Counted from the stretch's first letter, positions 51,111-64,000 are shown. The stretch: 64,000 nucleotides of DNA from Balanoglossus misakiensis (GCA_040954595.2 CM082593.2:10615477-10679476); one strand, 5' to 3'. Notes: a model not told the origin generated them from the letters alone. Program-made: numbers and translations.

Positions 51111-51918
51111 GTGAGTGAAATTTTGAGTTGTGAAGACATTGTGATTTTGTAAGTTTTTAGTTGGTGTCTTTATATCGTGACAATAATAATAGTAATAATT
51201 AAAGCTACAAGCAGCATTGAAGGGGCCCAAGCATAGAGATAATAACCATTAGACTCCATTCAGGGTTGTACCATTCAATTGCGTAGGCTGTATTTGCTCT
51301 GGATGTGGAGATATGGGGAAGTAGGCAACCACCCGAAATGGATGTCCTACAAGTACAAACACAACAACCACAAGTGAACTTCTACGTTATGTAAGGACTT
51401 CAGTTAAGTACTTCAAAGGTCAGCTGAGGGTACCCAAAAATTGGGCCAAAAATTTGGATTCCTATTTGGTTCATATTCAAGACAACGGAAAATTCTCGCC
51501 CTTTGGGTTTTTAAAATTAGGTATGGCCATAATAATGAGTTACGCAAGTAAGTTACAGGTGGCCCTAGGAATTTAGCATTTCATGACGGTCCTACCCTAC
51601 CCCTCCAAACACGTGGCTATATATGATGTGCATGTTAACATATGGAAAGCAGGTCAATGGACACCTGAGGTCATTCAAAAATTTGACAGAAAAATTTCAT
51701 TCCTGTTTATGTCTTGTGCAACAAATCCTACATTTGCAGCCCTTTCACTTTGCCTAACATTAGGTATGCACGTAATACATGAATCAAGCAGGTGTCAAAG
51801 GTATCCCCCTGTATTTGGCATTTCATGATAGTTTCATCCCTCCAAATACCAAAGCTGCACCTGTACAACGGGATGAGATATGGCACTGTATGACAGAGGT
51901 CATCCAAATCACCTTATA

Positions 51919-52795
51919 CATCAATCAATCAATCAATCAGAGAAATTTGTATAGCGCCAGTATCTATAACAAGTGTCATACTCAAAGGCGCTTGTGCTCA
52001 TTGGCCCACACCATATGCTCTTGCAAAATAATGCGTCTTCAGTCTTTTCTTAAAGATACTCAAACTTGGAGCTTGACGAATGTTCCACAGTTTCGTTGCA
52101 GCATGAGAGAATGCTCGGCCACCGTATGAAGAACGTTTGTACATTGTAGTGCATAAAAGGCTCTTATTAGCTGAACGAAGCCTGCGACCAGGAGAATATG
52201 TCCGAATGAGATCGCGGATATAGTTCGGAGCGAGATTATTTAAGGCTTTGTATGTGAGCAGATTTATTTTATACTCTATCCTGTGGCGAACTGGTAACCA
52301 ATGAAGAAGTTGAAGAACTGGCGTTATATGGGCAGACTTCCTGGACCGAGTTATGATTCTTGCAGCTGTATTTTGTGTGCGTTGTAGAAGGTTCAGACTG
52401 CGTTCTGGTATACCATACAGTAATGCATTACCATAGTCGAGTTTCGCTGCCAAAATAGCATGAATCACTGTTTGACATGTTGCTTTGTTAAGAAATTTCC
52501 TGATTTGTCCGACACGGCGAAAGTGGTAATATATTGATTGACAAGTTTTCTTGATGTGATCTTTATACATGTGCGTATTGTCAAATATTACACCAATATT
52601 GCGAGCTGATTTAACGACGGGAACAGAGCTTGAACCAATGGTAATCTTGTCAATAGCATCAGCAGAGTGATGAAATTGTGAACGAATAAGTAGAATCTCA
52701 GTTTTTGGAGTCGTTGAGTTGAAGCTTGTTTTGGGTCATCCAGTCCTTAAGATCACGGATACAGGCCTCAATGGACATTTGGGCAAAAACCAACT
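51919..52795 (-). mobile_element. 5'-truncated L2/CR1-group LINE
   Basis: IEACIRDLKDWMTQNKLQLNDSK/TEILLI..ARNIGVIFD..KLDYGNALLYG..LQRTQNTAARII..HITPVLQLLHWLPV; (TGAT)n tail at 51919-51938. Confidence 0.93.
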
Positions 52796-53479
52796 GACAC
52801 TTACATTCGTCCCTGTGGAACAAAAACCACACCTATCGCCCTGTTGGTTAGTGTCTAATTAAATGTACAAAATCAATGACTTAGGCAGGTGCAACAGACG
52901 ACCCCGCCTTTGGTATATCATTATGGTCCCATCCGTATATGCCCCCCCCCTCCCAAGCCAAAGCTGCATGCATCTGCTGTGGATGCTCACTAAGCAAAAG
53001 TAGGTGAAAGGTCACATAAGGTCGCCCACAACTTGACGGGAAAATCGGACTTCATATTGATCCATGTGCAACAAATAGCACGCTACCACCCCTTTCATTG
53101 ACCCCACAATTACGCATGCACATAATTATTGAGTTATGCAGGTGTCACAGGTGACACCCGAATCGGGTGTATTATTTTAGTCCCATACAGCTGCATGTAG
53201 CTGCGTGCCGTTACGGGCGACCTGATAACCCACACGGCCACCTGCGGGCCGACCCCCATACTGAACGTCCAGTTGCAACATCACGACTGAAGTAGGAACT
53301 TTTGAACGGCAACGAAGCCTGATCTCTGATTATTGCTGGTACCATACTCCTGTCGTGCAAGAAAATCACTGGTCTGCTGACGTATTTCAGCCAATTTCCC
53401 AAACTACTATCCACTACATGTGACTACAATGCTAATGAAACCTCCCACAACATTAGCGACTTAGGGTCAAAGTCCACTG

Positions 53480-56016
53480 TTTTAAATTTTTTCATCGGTT
53501 TTACTTTAAAGGATGCCCACAAATTGCAACAGTAAATATTACTACAATATGCCAAAAATAAAACTTTCTTCACATCTTGACTAAAATGTTGAAAATGTCT
53601 CAATAGCATGTTTGCTCTAACACAAAATGCTCTTCTCTGTCGTTCAATATCTTCATTATCACAACCCTCACAAGATATAACATGGCCCAGATAGGTGTGT
53701 ACAGGTACAAACTTTAAAGTGATGTCATTAAGTTTAACCGAAGGAATTCTTTGAACGCTCATATTCTTCCCATTAAAAAGCATGCACACAGTTTTACTAG
53801 AATTATAAATTATATCATAATCATTGCCATAAATTTCACAAATTCTAAGAAGACGGTGTAGACCCTTAATACTTGGACTGAGTAGAGTCATGTCGTCAGC
53901 GTAACCTAAAGTGTTAGCGCTGACACCACACATGGTACAGCCAACTTTGGCTTTACAGAGTGCATTGATAAGATCATCAATGTAGACATTAAAAAAATAG
54001 GGAGAGAGTACTCCCCCTTGTCTTACACCGTTAGAAACAGAAAACAACTCTGAGGTTTCATTACCCCACAACACAGTAAACAATTGATTTCTGTACCATT
54101 AAAGGTCAAATGTCATGCTTTGGAAAGTTTTCATTTTTCCACGTCAAAAGCTCACCTAGGGTACCTGTCTATGCATTGCCTATTGTGACGGTTCCGAAAA
54201 ATGTGCACGAATGCCGGAATTTGCCACCTTTTTTCATGCCTGTGATCGGGGAGCCACTTCGCACTCGAGCCAGGCGAAGGTATTTGCATATGGACAAACA
54301 AGTACACTATGTCGTAGTGTACCATTCTGTTTACAGTAAAGTGTAATTATCGGTCCATGAGTAATTAAGTCCACAGACAAAGATAAGCTATATAAACAGT
54401 GTTCAAAGCAAAGGAAGCCCTTGCCTCACATTGCAGGCAGAGGATTTACAAAGGTGTGAAAGACTATTTGTCCACATCAAGATAAGTCTTCGGCTTAACT
54501 TCGAAAAGCCAAAAAAAATCGACTGAGTTGGGTTAGGGGTACACGCCCACCCGCCACTTTTACTTGCTTGTTATCTAAGCACAAGGGGCAAAACGCATTG
54601 CAAGATAGTAACATACGTTAACTTCAAGACCCAAATAGTGATTTTACGCGTGGTTGTATAGGGCATGGCATGTGACCTTTAATATAAAATTCGTACAGCA
54701 TACAAGGGAACATTCCTGTCGATGAGCTTGTTAACCAGTTTAAAGTGATTAACTCTGTCAAAAGCTTTTGAAGCATCCAGAAAACAAGTAAACACTGGTC
54801 TTCCATTGCTGGTGTAGTAGCTAATGATTTCTTTAAATGCAAATAAACACAGGTCAGTTGAATGTTCTCGCTTGAAACCAAATTGTAAATAATGAGAGGT
54901 AAGAAACTCCTCACAACGAGAAAGTAAAATAGGCTCAAAAACTTTAGAGAAAACAGTTGCTAGTGCTATCGGCCGGTAGTTACTGGCATCACTACAAAGC
55001 TTAGTTTTATCCTTAATTGGAACTAAAATAACGTTGATAGCCTCAGTTTGCAGGTAACCATGAACAATCAAGTCAAAATGGGTAAAATAGAGGAGTCTGA
55101 GAATTTGAGGTGCTCAGCTGAAATATTGTCAATGCCAGCTGTCTTATCGTCAGGTAACTTATGTATAGCAGAAATTACTTCTTCTTCAGAAACATACATA
55201 TCAGAAGAAAATTTAACATACTTCATTTTCTCCTCGATGTCATTTTTACCAGTCTGAGCCTGGACAGAATTCAAAATATCACTGAAATGCTTGTGCCACA
55301 TAATTGCAATTTCACTCTCACCAGTCGCTCCACCTACAGTGTCAGAAAGCGGCATTTTTCTGCTAGTTTGCTTTCTGACTTCCTTCCAGAAGTCGTTCTG
55401 TTTGTGGCAGCGTAAATTGTCAGCCATCTTGTCAGCCCTATTTTGATTCTCAATCTTTTTACAAGCACGTAAAGCATACTTAAAACGAGCTCTGGAAGAT
55501 TTCATGGTTTCAAAAAGCGGGCCTTGTTAAGGTTTACCCCCATTAACCCATAATAAAAACATGGAACGGGCATAGTCGTGACTTTCTTTTACAAAATCGT
55601 TCCAGCCAGGCACAACATGAACTTTCTGGTGAAACTTACGCCTAATGGTATCTTTTGCAGCACAATTCAATGCGTCCACAACACTACTATAACAAGTATC
55701 AATTGCCTGTAAATGCGAAGGGTATGTACAGTTCACATTAGTGCAGAATAACTCTTCGGATAAATTAATCTTATCAACCTTGGCTTTGGTACAACGGGTG
55801 TAGGCGGATATATTCTGCTGTGACAATTTTTTCCAATCAACTCGAAAATTACATTGCTTGAAGGAACTACTGCTGAAGCATTCATCAGCAGAAGTGTTGA
55901 AATGAACCTCTATTGAAACAGGAATATGGTCGGAGTCAACAACATTGCAAAGACTCGAAATTGAAAGAACATTGCTATAAAAAATTTTAGTGGTAACACA
56001 GTGGTCAATCCAAACT
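53480..56016 (-). mobile_element. Decayed APE-RT non-LTR retrotransposon (Proto2/RTEX-like, tentative), truncated at both ends
   Basis: WIDH..SDHIPV endonuclease end, PGWNDFV, NYRPIAL, QFGFK, FLDASKAFDRVNH, GVRQGGVLSP, YADD; stops or frameshifts near 55527 and 55070. Confidence 0.93.
54103..54678. mobile_element. Kolobok-like non-autonomous element inserted in the RT domain
   Basis: TTAA|AGGTCAAATGTCATGC ... GCATGGCATGTGACCT|TTAA; removing it rejoins AVRILY to WYRNQLFTVLWG. Confidence 0.88.
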
Positions 56017-56059
56017 CAGCGTAATTCAATAAAACGCCCTAACACAGCCTGAACTCCGA

Positions 56060-56616
56060 TAATGTGTTGTCCCAAAATTCATTCCATGGAAAATAATCAC
56101 TGGTCTGTTTACGTATTTCAGCCGATTTTCCAAGGACTACTGCAACTCGCCAGAAGTGAGTAGCCTGCTAATGAGATCTCCACAACATTACGTAATGACG
56201 GTCAAAGTCCGATGCCCCAGTGTCCGTCCTCAGCCCACCAAAAAATGCGAAAAAATATTACAAAAATCTTCTTCTCAAAATCGACGTGGCCTAGGACCTT
56301 GAAATTTGGCACAGGGGATTTTGGCCACATGGTCTACAAAAATCGCGAAAAGAATGTACATGCCCCCATTAACGTGCAAATTAGGTCAATTTGAAAATTT
56401 CGCTCGATTATAGCCACAAAGTCACGTGACTAATTACAAATTCAAAGGGCAGGTGCACCAGTACTCATGGGCCCCAACCACCGTGCCAAATTTGGAGGCG
56501 CACCTGCCGGAATTTCAGAGAAAAACGGGCGCAAAAAAACGACTCAAGAAGAAAGAAGACAAACTCCAGCAATAACAGAAGGGGACCAAGCGCCTGAGGG
56601 CTCTTGGTCCCCTAAA
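56060..56616 (+). mobile_element. HINE/Helentron-like 3' portion with terminal hairpin
   Basis: Core AAATTTGGCACAG / GTGCCAAATTTGG motifs; GGGGACCAAG..CTTGGTCCCC hairpin at 56581-56611; 56093-56210 is similar to 53362-53477. Confidence 0.5.
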
Positions 56617-57343
56617 TATGGGACTAAACTTGACAGATACCCGGAATATTTTCCTATTTAGGATACCTGGTTGCATTTCCACCTAAAGGCGTCCTATTGG
56701 CGTGGAAATTTTATAACTTGAAATCGTTTGACTGGGTGATAGGTATTAATATCTTATGATGTTATAAAACACTTGGCTCGCCGAAGGTAAGGACCGATTA
56801 TAGCGTCAGTCGTGTCATAAAATCTATATGAACGTCATGGGTCAATAAACTTGATGGTCCAATAAAATTTAATGGTTCGTAAAACTATTGTATCCAATGT
56901 CTGCAGAGTATACTGGCTGCAACATGTGTATGAGTCAGGATTAACGGCTGTAGCCATCAACCCAAAAGGTGAACGTCCTATTCTCACTAACTTAAATAGG
57001 TTTTGCGACCTAGTTGAGTGATAAAAACCTTATGATAAAGTCGACACAATTTCAAGATGACGATGTGCAAATGAGAGTTCATAAGCTAAAGTAAAGTTCA
57101 ATGAATTCTATACAAAGTTCAAAAAAGATTTTTTACTAAAGGAAGACATGAACAAACTGATATCGTCTCTTCATATTCGTACATGTCCAACTGTTGTGAT
57201 TTGACCCCCCCCCCCATGGTACATGAACCTATTACTTAGTACACACTTAAACAATTGGCATTTGAAGTGCCTTGCTTGACAGTGTTTAATGCGGTGGTCA
57301 GCCGCGTTTATCTCTCGCCACTTCATGCATCATGTCGCCTTAA

Positions 57344-57663
57344 AGGGACAAACTCTCTCTCTCGTCGCCCTTTTCTATTAATTATGTTTGATACAAGACA
57401 CCGTTTATATTAATGGGCATGTGTATATGTAGTGAATGAACGTTCAACCACACACAACTTCCATCCTGCTTGTATGATATGAGAGTAAAAACTCGCCCAA
57501 AATGAATTAATGGTAGAGACCGATTTTTCAGTTTTGCGAGTTTTCGCTCTCGTGTCTACATGCGGGATAGAAGGTGTGTGCGGTTGAACGTTGCATCACT
57601 ATATATCCACATTTACATTAATATAAACGGTGTTTTGTATCAAACATGGAAAAGGGCAGCGAG
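57344..57663. mobile_element. Copy of the 36232 palindromic MITE, right end truncated
   Basis: TTAA|AGGGACAAACTCTCTCT...ATTAATTATGTTTGATACAAGACAC...GGAAAAGGGCAGCGAG. Confidence 0.85.
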
Positions 57664-58301
57664 TTAAGGATGTACGATCAGTAAAAATGAAAGCATTGTC
57701 ATTTCTTTTAATCGTGAATTTTCGTTTCTGATTTGTATGTATAATGAAAATCCATTTTGGGTCACTGCACTTGTTTTCGACTTTAAACAAGGCCGTGAAT
57801 TTAGTCGACAATTGAAGAAAACTGCTAACGGTCAGCATTTTCTACCAATGGTTTGTCTATGGATACAATATTGAACAAAGTTTATCTCAAAATAGAGCGT
57901 GATGAATTTATTTTGATTTGTCGGAGCTATGTGTAAAATTTCATGAAAATGACAATAGTAGAAGTGAGTTTTCTAACTATTCTCCATGTACTCCTATGGG
58001 AAGAGACACAGGCGCACAGTTTACCAGTTGACGACCTCTAAAGAGGAAACGGGGGGGGGGGGGATGATGAAAGGTTTAAGACTTACAGATCACAACTTAA
58101 AGAGCCATTCAGAAAGAGGCTTAGAGTGGAGTATCAAATCGGACGATACCACTGACTGGTGGAGGAAGACAAAATAAGCAAACTGAGTAGATGAGTGCTC
58201 AGATTTCTTCAGAGGACCAAACGTTTCAAAGAATTATACGTGACAATCCATGCCTGGTCCGTCAGTAGATATAAACAGAACATTGTGGCTGTATTCATTA
58301 A

Positions 58302-58592
58302 AGGGACCAAGTCTCTCTCTCGCTGCCCTTTTTCCATTAATTATGTTTGATACAAGACTGCGTTTATATTATTCTACATGTGGATATAGTGAATCAACGT
58401 TCAACCATACACACCTTCCACCCCGCTTGTATAGACACGAGAGTTTTAAAAAGTAGCCAAAATGAATAAACGGTCTCTACCATTTATTCATTTTGGGCGA
58501 GTTTTTACTCTCGTATCATACAAGCCGGATGGAAGTTGTGTGTGGTTGAACGTTCATTCACTAACATAAACGGTGTCTTGTATCATGTCCCT
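58302..58592. mobile_element. Copy of the 36232 palindromic MITE with a deletion in the right arm
   Basis: TTAA|AGGGACCAAGTCTCTCTC ... TGTCCCT|TTAA. Confidence 0.88.
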
Positions 58593-59375
58593 TTAACACT
58601 TTTGAAGCATTTTACTAATGCTAACATGACTAGACCAATTGAATGATGTTACATTGCAGGTTATCAACTCAGAGGGGCGTCTTGTTATAAAGCGGTACCT
58701 GACAAACAATCAGCTGGCAACGCTGAAAATACCTGTCAGTCGTAAGTATGAAAGTATACATCATTTGAGTAGAATTTTACGGGAGTTCCTAACAAGGCTT
58801 GGACATGTCACGCACAAATACAAAGGGCGCGTATAAAGACAGACAAAACCTCGCTCAGTGTGAGGTGTTCAGCGATTGCATCTGATAAGTCGAAAATGCT
58901 TGATCACGTGTCATGTTCAGTTGGGAAATTGGATATGTCTCAGGCCAAAAAAACTAATATGTGCTATTCCGATTACATGGTTTTCAAAAATATTGTAGGT
59001 AGAAAGGGACATTTTTTTATTTTTCAATTTTTTTTATATCTTTGGCCGTCGTAGTGTAGAAGAATGACATCATAGATCTTGCGTGATTCTCGCAATTTTC
59101 ATGAATTGTTTTATATTTGACATCGTTATTTTTACTTCCGGTTTGCGAAGATCTAAACTGTTTTGGGTCGGCGGGCTAAAATTAGGGTAGTTCGGGTAAT
59201 CGTTATGACATTGGGAGCTACGGCTGCAAAACCATGTGTCTCGTGCGAAAAGGGCCCTTAACCTTTTGCAATATTTAACAGCAAACAACAGACAGTTTTG
59301 AGAATAAAAGGTTTCCGTCGTGTCTGACTTTCATATCGCATTAATAGCATATCCCTAATTTTAAAGAAATTAGGA

Positions 59376-59610
59376 GAGACAGAGTGAAACAGGCAGAGTG
59401 GCAGACAGACACAAGCAGACAGACAGAGCAACATTCATCAGTAGAGACACTCACCGGTCGCTCGCTCGCTCGCTCACTCTCTCTCTCAGAGAGAGGGGGC
59501 AGACAGTCAGACAGACAGACGTTGACAGACAGTCAGTAAGTCAGTCAGCCAGTTAATCAGTCAGTCAGACGTCAAAGACACAGTGACACAAACACAGCGA
59601 GGGAGACAAA
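59376..59610. repeat. Compound microsatellite (GACA, CGCT, CT/GA, GTCA)
   Basis: Visible directly in the sequence. Confidence 0.85.
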
Positions 59611-61097
59611 AGGACCTTTCATGCTTAAACCCCTGTTCTTCTGTTATAAACTTTGAAAACCGTTCGTTTTCAGACTGCAGATTGCTCGAATAACGCGGCA
59701 CACTGCCGAAACAATAAAACAAATACTAGTGGGAGCTCATAAAATAAAATCGCTCAACCATTCCGTCGTCCTGAGTGACCTCAGCCACATTAATTCCGAC
59801 GTCTTTTTAGGGTCATGAAAAAAGTCACAAATAAGGTATTTCCCCTAGGTCCACCTGAAGCAAAAAGTTTTCGTTTCGACTCCATCATTCCGAATAGTAA
59901 GAAAGCAACAAAATTGAAAAGACAGATGTAAAATGCAATCTCTCTCACGTGGTAACGTTTGTAACTATGGCAATCACGGTACGTGTTCAGTACACAGACA
60001 GGGAGAAAAGTTTCCCCATGCAATACATGTGTTCAGTAAGGTTTGACCTTGGTTTTACTTTGTACCATGATCGCCGCTTTCTAAGCATGGATGAACGACG
60101 GCGGTCAGACCCAATCGAACCCTTTCATGTCAGATGACCACGGTATCTCCAGTGTGAGATGACATTTGACAAACCATTTGATTTCAACAAAATCTTCGCG
60201 TCGTCAACGCGTCGCATACCAGTCGCATATCGGTATTTACCCAATCATAAAAGTTGGAAATTCGGGAGACTCGATCTGCAACCAAGTTGAGAGTAAATTT
60301 TGACGTTTGACTATTGGCAAGTAAACAGGTTACACAATGACTTGTCGGTTTTTCCTCCGTCATGGTCGTTCTTGACCCAAGTGTCCTTCCTTGACATTTA
60401 GACACACCTTGCGGTATGACCTTGGTGGTCATGTGCAATTAGTTTTCTTGTATAAGACGCTTTTCATGCCGGGGTAGACGACTTGTGCGTGGATCATCAA
60501 CATTTCAGTGATATTTCAACGCAAAGTTTTAGCAATATTGAGAAAACAGGTAGTGAGGTGTCAAATGCATATCAATGTACGAAAATTAGGTCAAGCCACC
60601 CGACAGCAACCGCTTTCACACAGTGTCGGACGTTGCACGGAATGTGAAACGTTACACTGCTTCGGCCGTTCACATGCACCTGGGCGTGGTTTTGATTGAT
60701 GGTCAAACGCCCCCACTTACTTTGGGCGTTTTCAATGGTAAATGTGTCGTATTGATCGAAACCTTGCCGTAAACACATTTTTTTTGCTGAATCAACATTC
60801 AGAGTTCAGCCGTCTAGTTAACGAAGTATTGAAATAAGCCACTTGTTCATCATTTTTTGTCTGTCAAACGTGTTTATTCGGACAGGGACCGGCCGCCAAT
60901 GAGTGGTTTAGGGAGCCCACACGTACACTCTGGTACCTGGACAATTAACAAAGACATGACGTGTGTACCGTCCGGTTCGAAAAGATTGGTTTAAGGTAGT
61001 CCTGGTAACAGTCATCCTAACGAGGCCAGGGGAGGTCTCCAAGGGCGAAATAAACAAAGCTACCGATGACGAGTCGAATTCGAATCGGACGATGCTT

Positions 61098-64000
61098 GTT
61101 TTCGACTTTGCAAAATCTCAAAATTTCGTCGATTTTTGAAAAAAAATCATGGGTGAAAATGCATCAAAAAATGAGAAATTTTCGACTTTGCAAAATCTCA
61201 AAATTTCGTCAATTTTGAAAAAAATCATGGGTGAAAATCATCAAAAAATGACAAATTTTCGACTTTGCAAAATCTCAAAATTTCGTCGATTTTTGAAAAA
61301 AATCATGGGTGAAAATCATCAAAAAAATGACAAATTTTCGACTTTGCAAAATCTCAAAATTTTGTTGATTTTTGAAAAAAATCATAGGTGAAAATCATCA
61401 AAAAATGACAAATTTTCGACTTTGCAAAATCTCAAAATTTCGTCGATTTTTGAAGAAAATCATGGGTGAAAATCATCAAAAAATGACAAATTTTCGACTT
61501 TGCAAAATCTCAAAATTTCGTAGATTTTTGAAAAAAAACATGGGTAAAAATCATCAAAAAATGACAAATTTTCGACTTTGCAAAATCTCAAAATTTCGTC
61601 CATTTTTAAAAAAAAAACATGGGGGAAAATCATCAAAAAATGACAAATTTTCGACTTTGCAAAATCTCAAAATTTCGTCAATTTTGAATAAAAATCATGG
61701 GTGAAAATCATCAAAAAATGACAAATTTTCGACTTTGCAAAATCTCAAAATTTCGTCAATTTTGAAAAAAATCATGGGTGAAAATCATCAAAAAATGACA
61801 AATTTTCGACTTTGCAAAATCTCAAAATTTTTTCGATTGTTGAAAAAAATCATCGGTGAAAATCATCAAAAAATGACAAATTTTCGACTTTGCAAAATTT
61901 CAAAATTTCGTCGATTTTTGAAAAAAATCATGGGTGAAAATCATCAAAAAAATGCCAAATTTTCGACGTTGCAAAATCTCAAAATTTTGTTGATTTTTGA
62001 AAAAAATCATAGGTGAAAATCATCAAAAAATGACAAATTTTCGACTTTGCAAAATCTCAAAATTTCGTCGATTTTTGAAGAAAATCATGGGTGAAAATCA
62101 TCAAAAAATGACAAATTTTCGACTTTGCAAAATCTCAAAATTTTTTCGATTTTTGAAAAATATCATTGGTGAAAATCATCAAAAAATGACAAATTTTGAA
62201 AAAAAACGGGTGAAAATCATCAAAAAATGACACATTTTCGACTTCGCAAAATCTCAAAAGTTTTTCGATTGTTGAAAAAAATCATGGGTGAAAATCATCA
62301 AAAAAATGACAAATTTTCGACGTTGCAAAATCTCAAAATTTTGTTGATTTTTGACAAAAATCATAGGTGAAAATCATCAAAAAATGACAAATTTTCGACT
62401 TTGCAAAATCTCAAAATTTCGTCGATTTTTGAAGAAAATCATGGGTGAAAATCATCAAAAAATGAAAATTTTTCGTCTTTGCAAAATCTCAAAATTTCGT
62501 CCATTTTTGAAAAAAAAATCATGGGTAAAAATCATCAAAAATGACAAATTTTCGTCTTTGCAAAATCTCAAAATTTCGCCGATTTTTGAAGAAAATCATG
62601 GGTGAAAATCATCAAAAAATGACAAATTTTCGACTTTGCAAAATCTCAAAATTTTTTCGATTTTTGAAAAAAGACATGGGTGAAAATCATCAAAAAATGA
62701 CAAATTTTCGACTTTGCAAAATCTCAAAATTTCGTTGATTTTTGAAAAAAAACAAGGGTAAAAATCATCAAAAAATGACAAATTTTCGACTTTGCAAAAT
62801 CTCAAAATTTCGTCCATTTTTAAAAAAAAAACATGGGGGAAAATCATCAAAAAAATGACAAATTTTCGACTTTGCAAAATCTCAAAATTTCGTCGATTTT
62901 TGAAAAAAAATCATGGGTGAAAATGCATCAAAAAATGAGAAATTTTCGACTTTGCAAAATCTCAAAATTTCGTCAATTTTGAAAAAAATCATGGGTGAAA
63001 ATCATCAAAAAAATGACAAATTTTCGACGTTGCAAAATCTCAAAATTTTGTTGATTTTTGAAAAAAATCATAGGTGAAAATCATCAAAAAATGACAAATT
63101 TTCGACTTTGCAAAATCTCAAAATTTCGTCGATTTTTGAAGAAAATCATGGGTGAAAATCATCAAAAAATGACAAATTTTCGACTTTGCAAAATCTCAAA
63201 ATTTTTTCGATTTTTGAAAAATATCATTGGTGAAAATCATCAAAAAATGACAAATTTTGAAAAAAAAACGGGTGAAAATCATCAAAAAATGACACATTTT
63301 CGACTTCGCAAAATCTCAAAATTTTTTCGATTGTTGAAAAAAATCATCGGTGAAAATCATCAAAAAATGACAAATTTTCGACTTTGCAAAATCTCAAAAT
63401 TTCGTCGATTTTTGAAAAAAATCATGGGTGAAAATCATCAAAAAAATGACAAATTTTCGACGTTGCAAAATCTCAAAATTTTGTTGATTTTTGACAAAAA
63501 TCATAGGTGAAAATCATCAAAAAATGACAAATTTTCGACTTTGCAAAATCTCAAAATTTCGTCGATTTTTGAAGAAAATCATGGGTGAAAATCATCAAAA
63601 AATGACAAATTTTCGACTTTGCAAAATCTCAAAATTTTTTCGATTTTTGAAAAATATCATCGGTGAAAATCATCAAAAAATGACAAATTTTCGACTTTGC
63701 AAAATCTCAAAATTTCGTCGATTTTTGAAAAAAATCATGGGTGAAAATCATCAAAAAAATGACAAATTTTCGACGTTGCAAAATCTCAAAATTTTGTTGA
63801 TTTTTGAAAAAAATCATAGGTGAAAATCATCAAAAAATGACAAATTTTCGACTTTGCAAAATCTCAAAATTTTGTCGATTTTTGAAGAAAATCATGGGTG
63901 AAAATCATCAAAAAACGACAAATTTTCGACTTTGCAAAATCTCAAAATTTTTTCGATTTTTGAAAAATATCATTGGTGAAAATCATCAAAAAATGACAAA
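61098..64000. repeat. AT-rich 78-bp satellite, >=37 copies, continuing past the window
   Basis: TTTCGACTTTGCAAAATCTCAAAATTTCGTCGATTTTTGAAAAAAATCATGGGTGAAAATCATCAAAAAATGACAAAT; length varies in the A-tracts. Confidence 0.99.

Noticed and set aside
58180-58230. Penelope-type hammerhead ribozyme (minus-strand CTGAAGA and GAAAC)
   Set aside because: Stems I-III could not be assembled around the core motifs
61010-61095. Hammerhead-like CTAACGA-GGCC...GGC-GAAA
   Set aside because: No stem III or UH cleavage triplet; would need an Infernal hit to be credible
61149-63823. K/F-rich ORFs (KKIMGENHQKMTNFRLCKISKF repeats)
   Set aside because: Translation of the 78-bp satellite with constant A-tract frameshifts

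Overview
AT-rich, intron- and repeat-rich animal genomic DNA; the repeat repertoire suggests a marine invertebrate, but the species cannot be determined from sequence alone. 1-4.6 kb: eight spliced + strand exons encoding CUB, four Sushi/CCP and two EGF-Ca domains. They resemble the uninflatable (Uif) family from recalled motifs; two Sushi exons are frameshifted or TE-disrupted, so this is probably a decaying copy. 5.4-16.5 kb: an 11-kb satellite of 90-bp and 74/75-bp monomers with ordered higher-order structure. 16.9-19.1 kb: minisatellites. 19-37 kb: HINE/pearl-like repeats, MITEs and a tandem segmental duplication holding small, well-conserved minus-strand exon-like units. 37-49 kb: several foldback elements (one ~4 kb) and an orphan P/T/Q-rich minus-strand exon. 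50-56.6 kb: an intron-containing ZNF862-like hAT transposase pseudogene followed by nested LINE and MITE insertions. 61.1-64 kb: a second, 78-bp satellite. I found no CRISPR array, rRNA or convincing tRNA, and no clearly new enzymatic system. All long ORFs inside the satellites are repeat artefacts. TE superfamily labels rest on terminal/TSD rules and recalled motifs, not on database searches.
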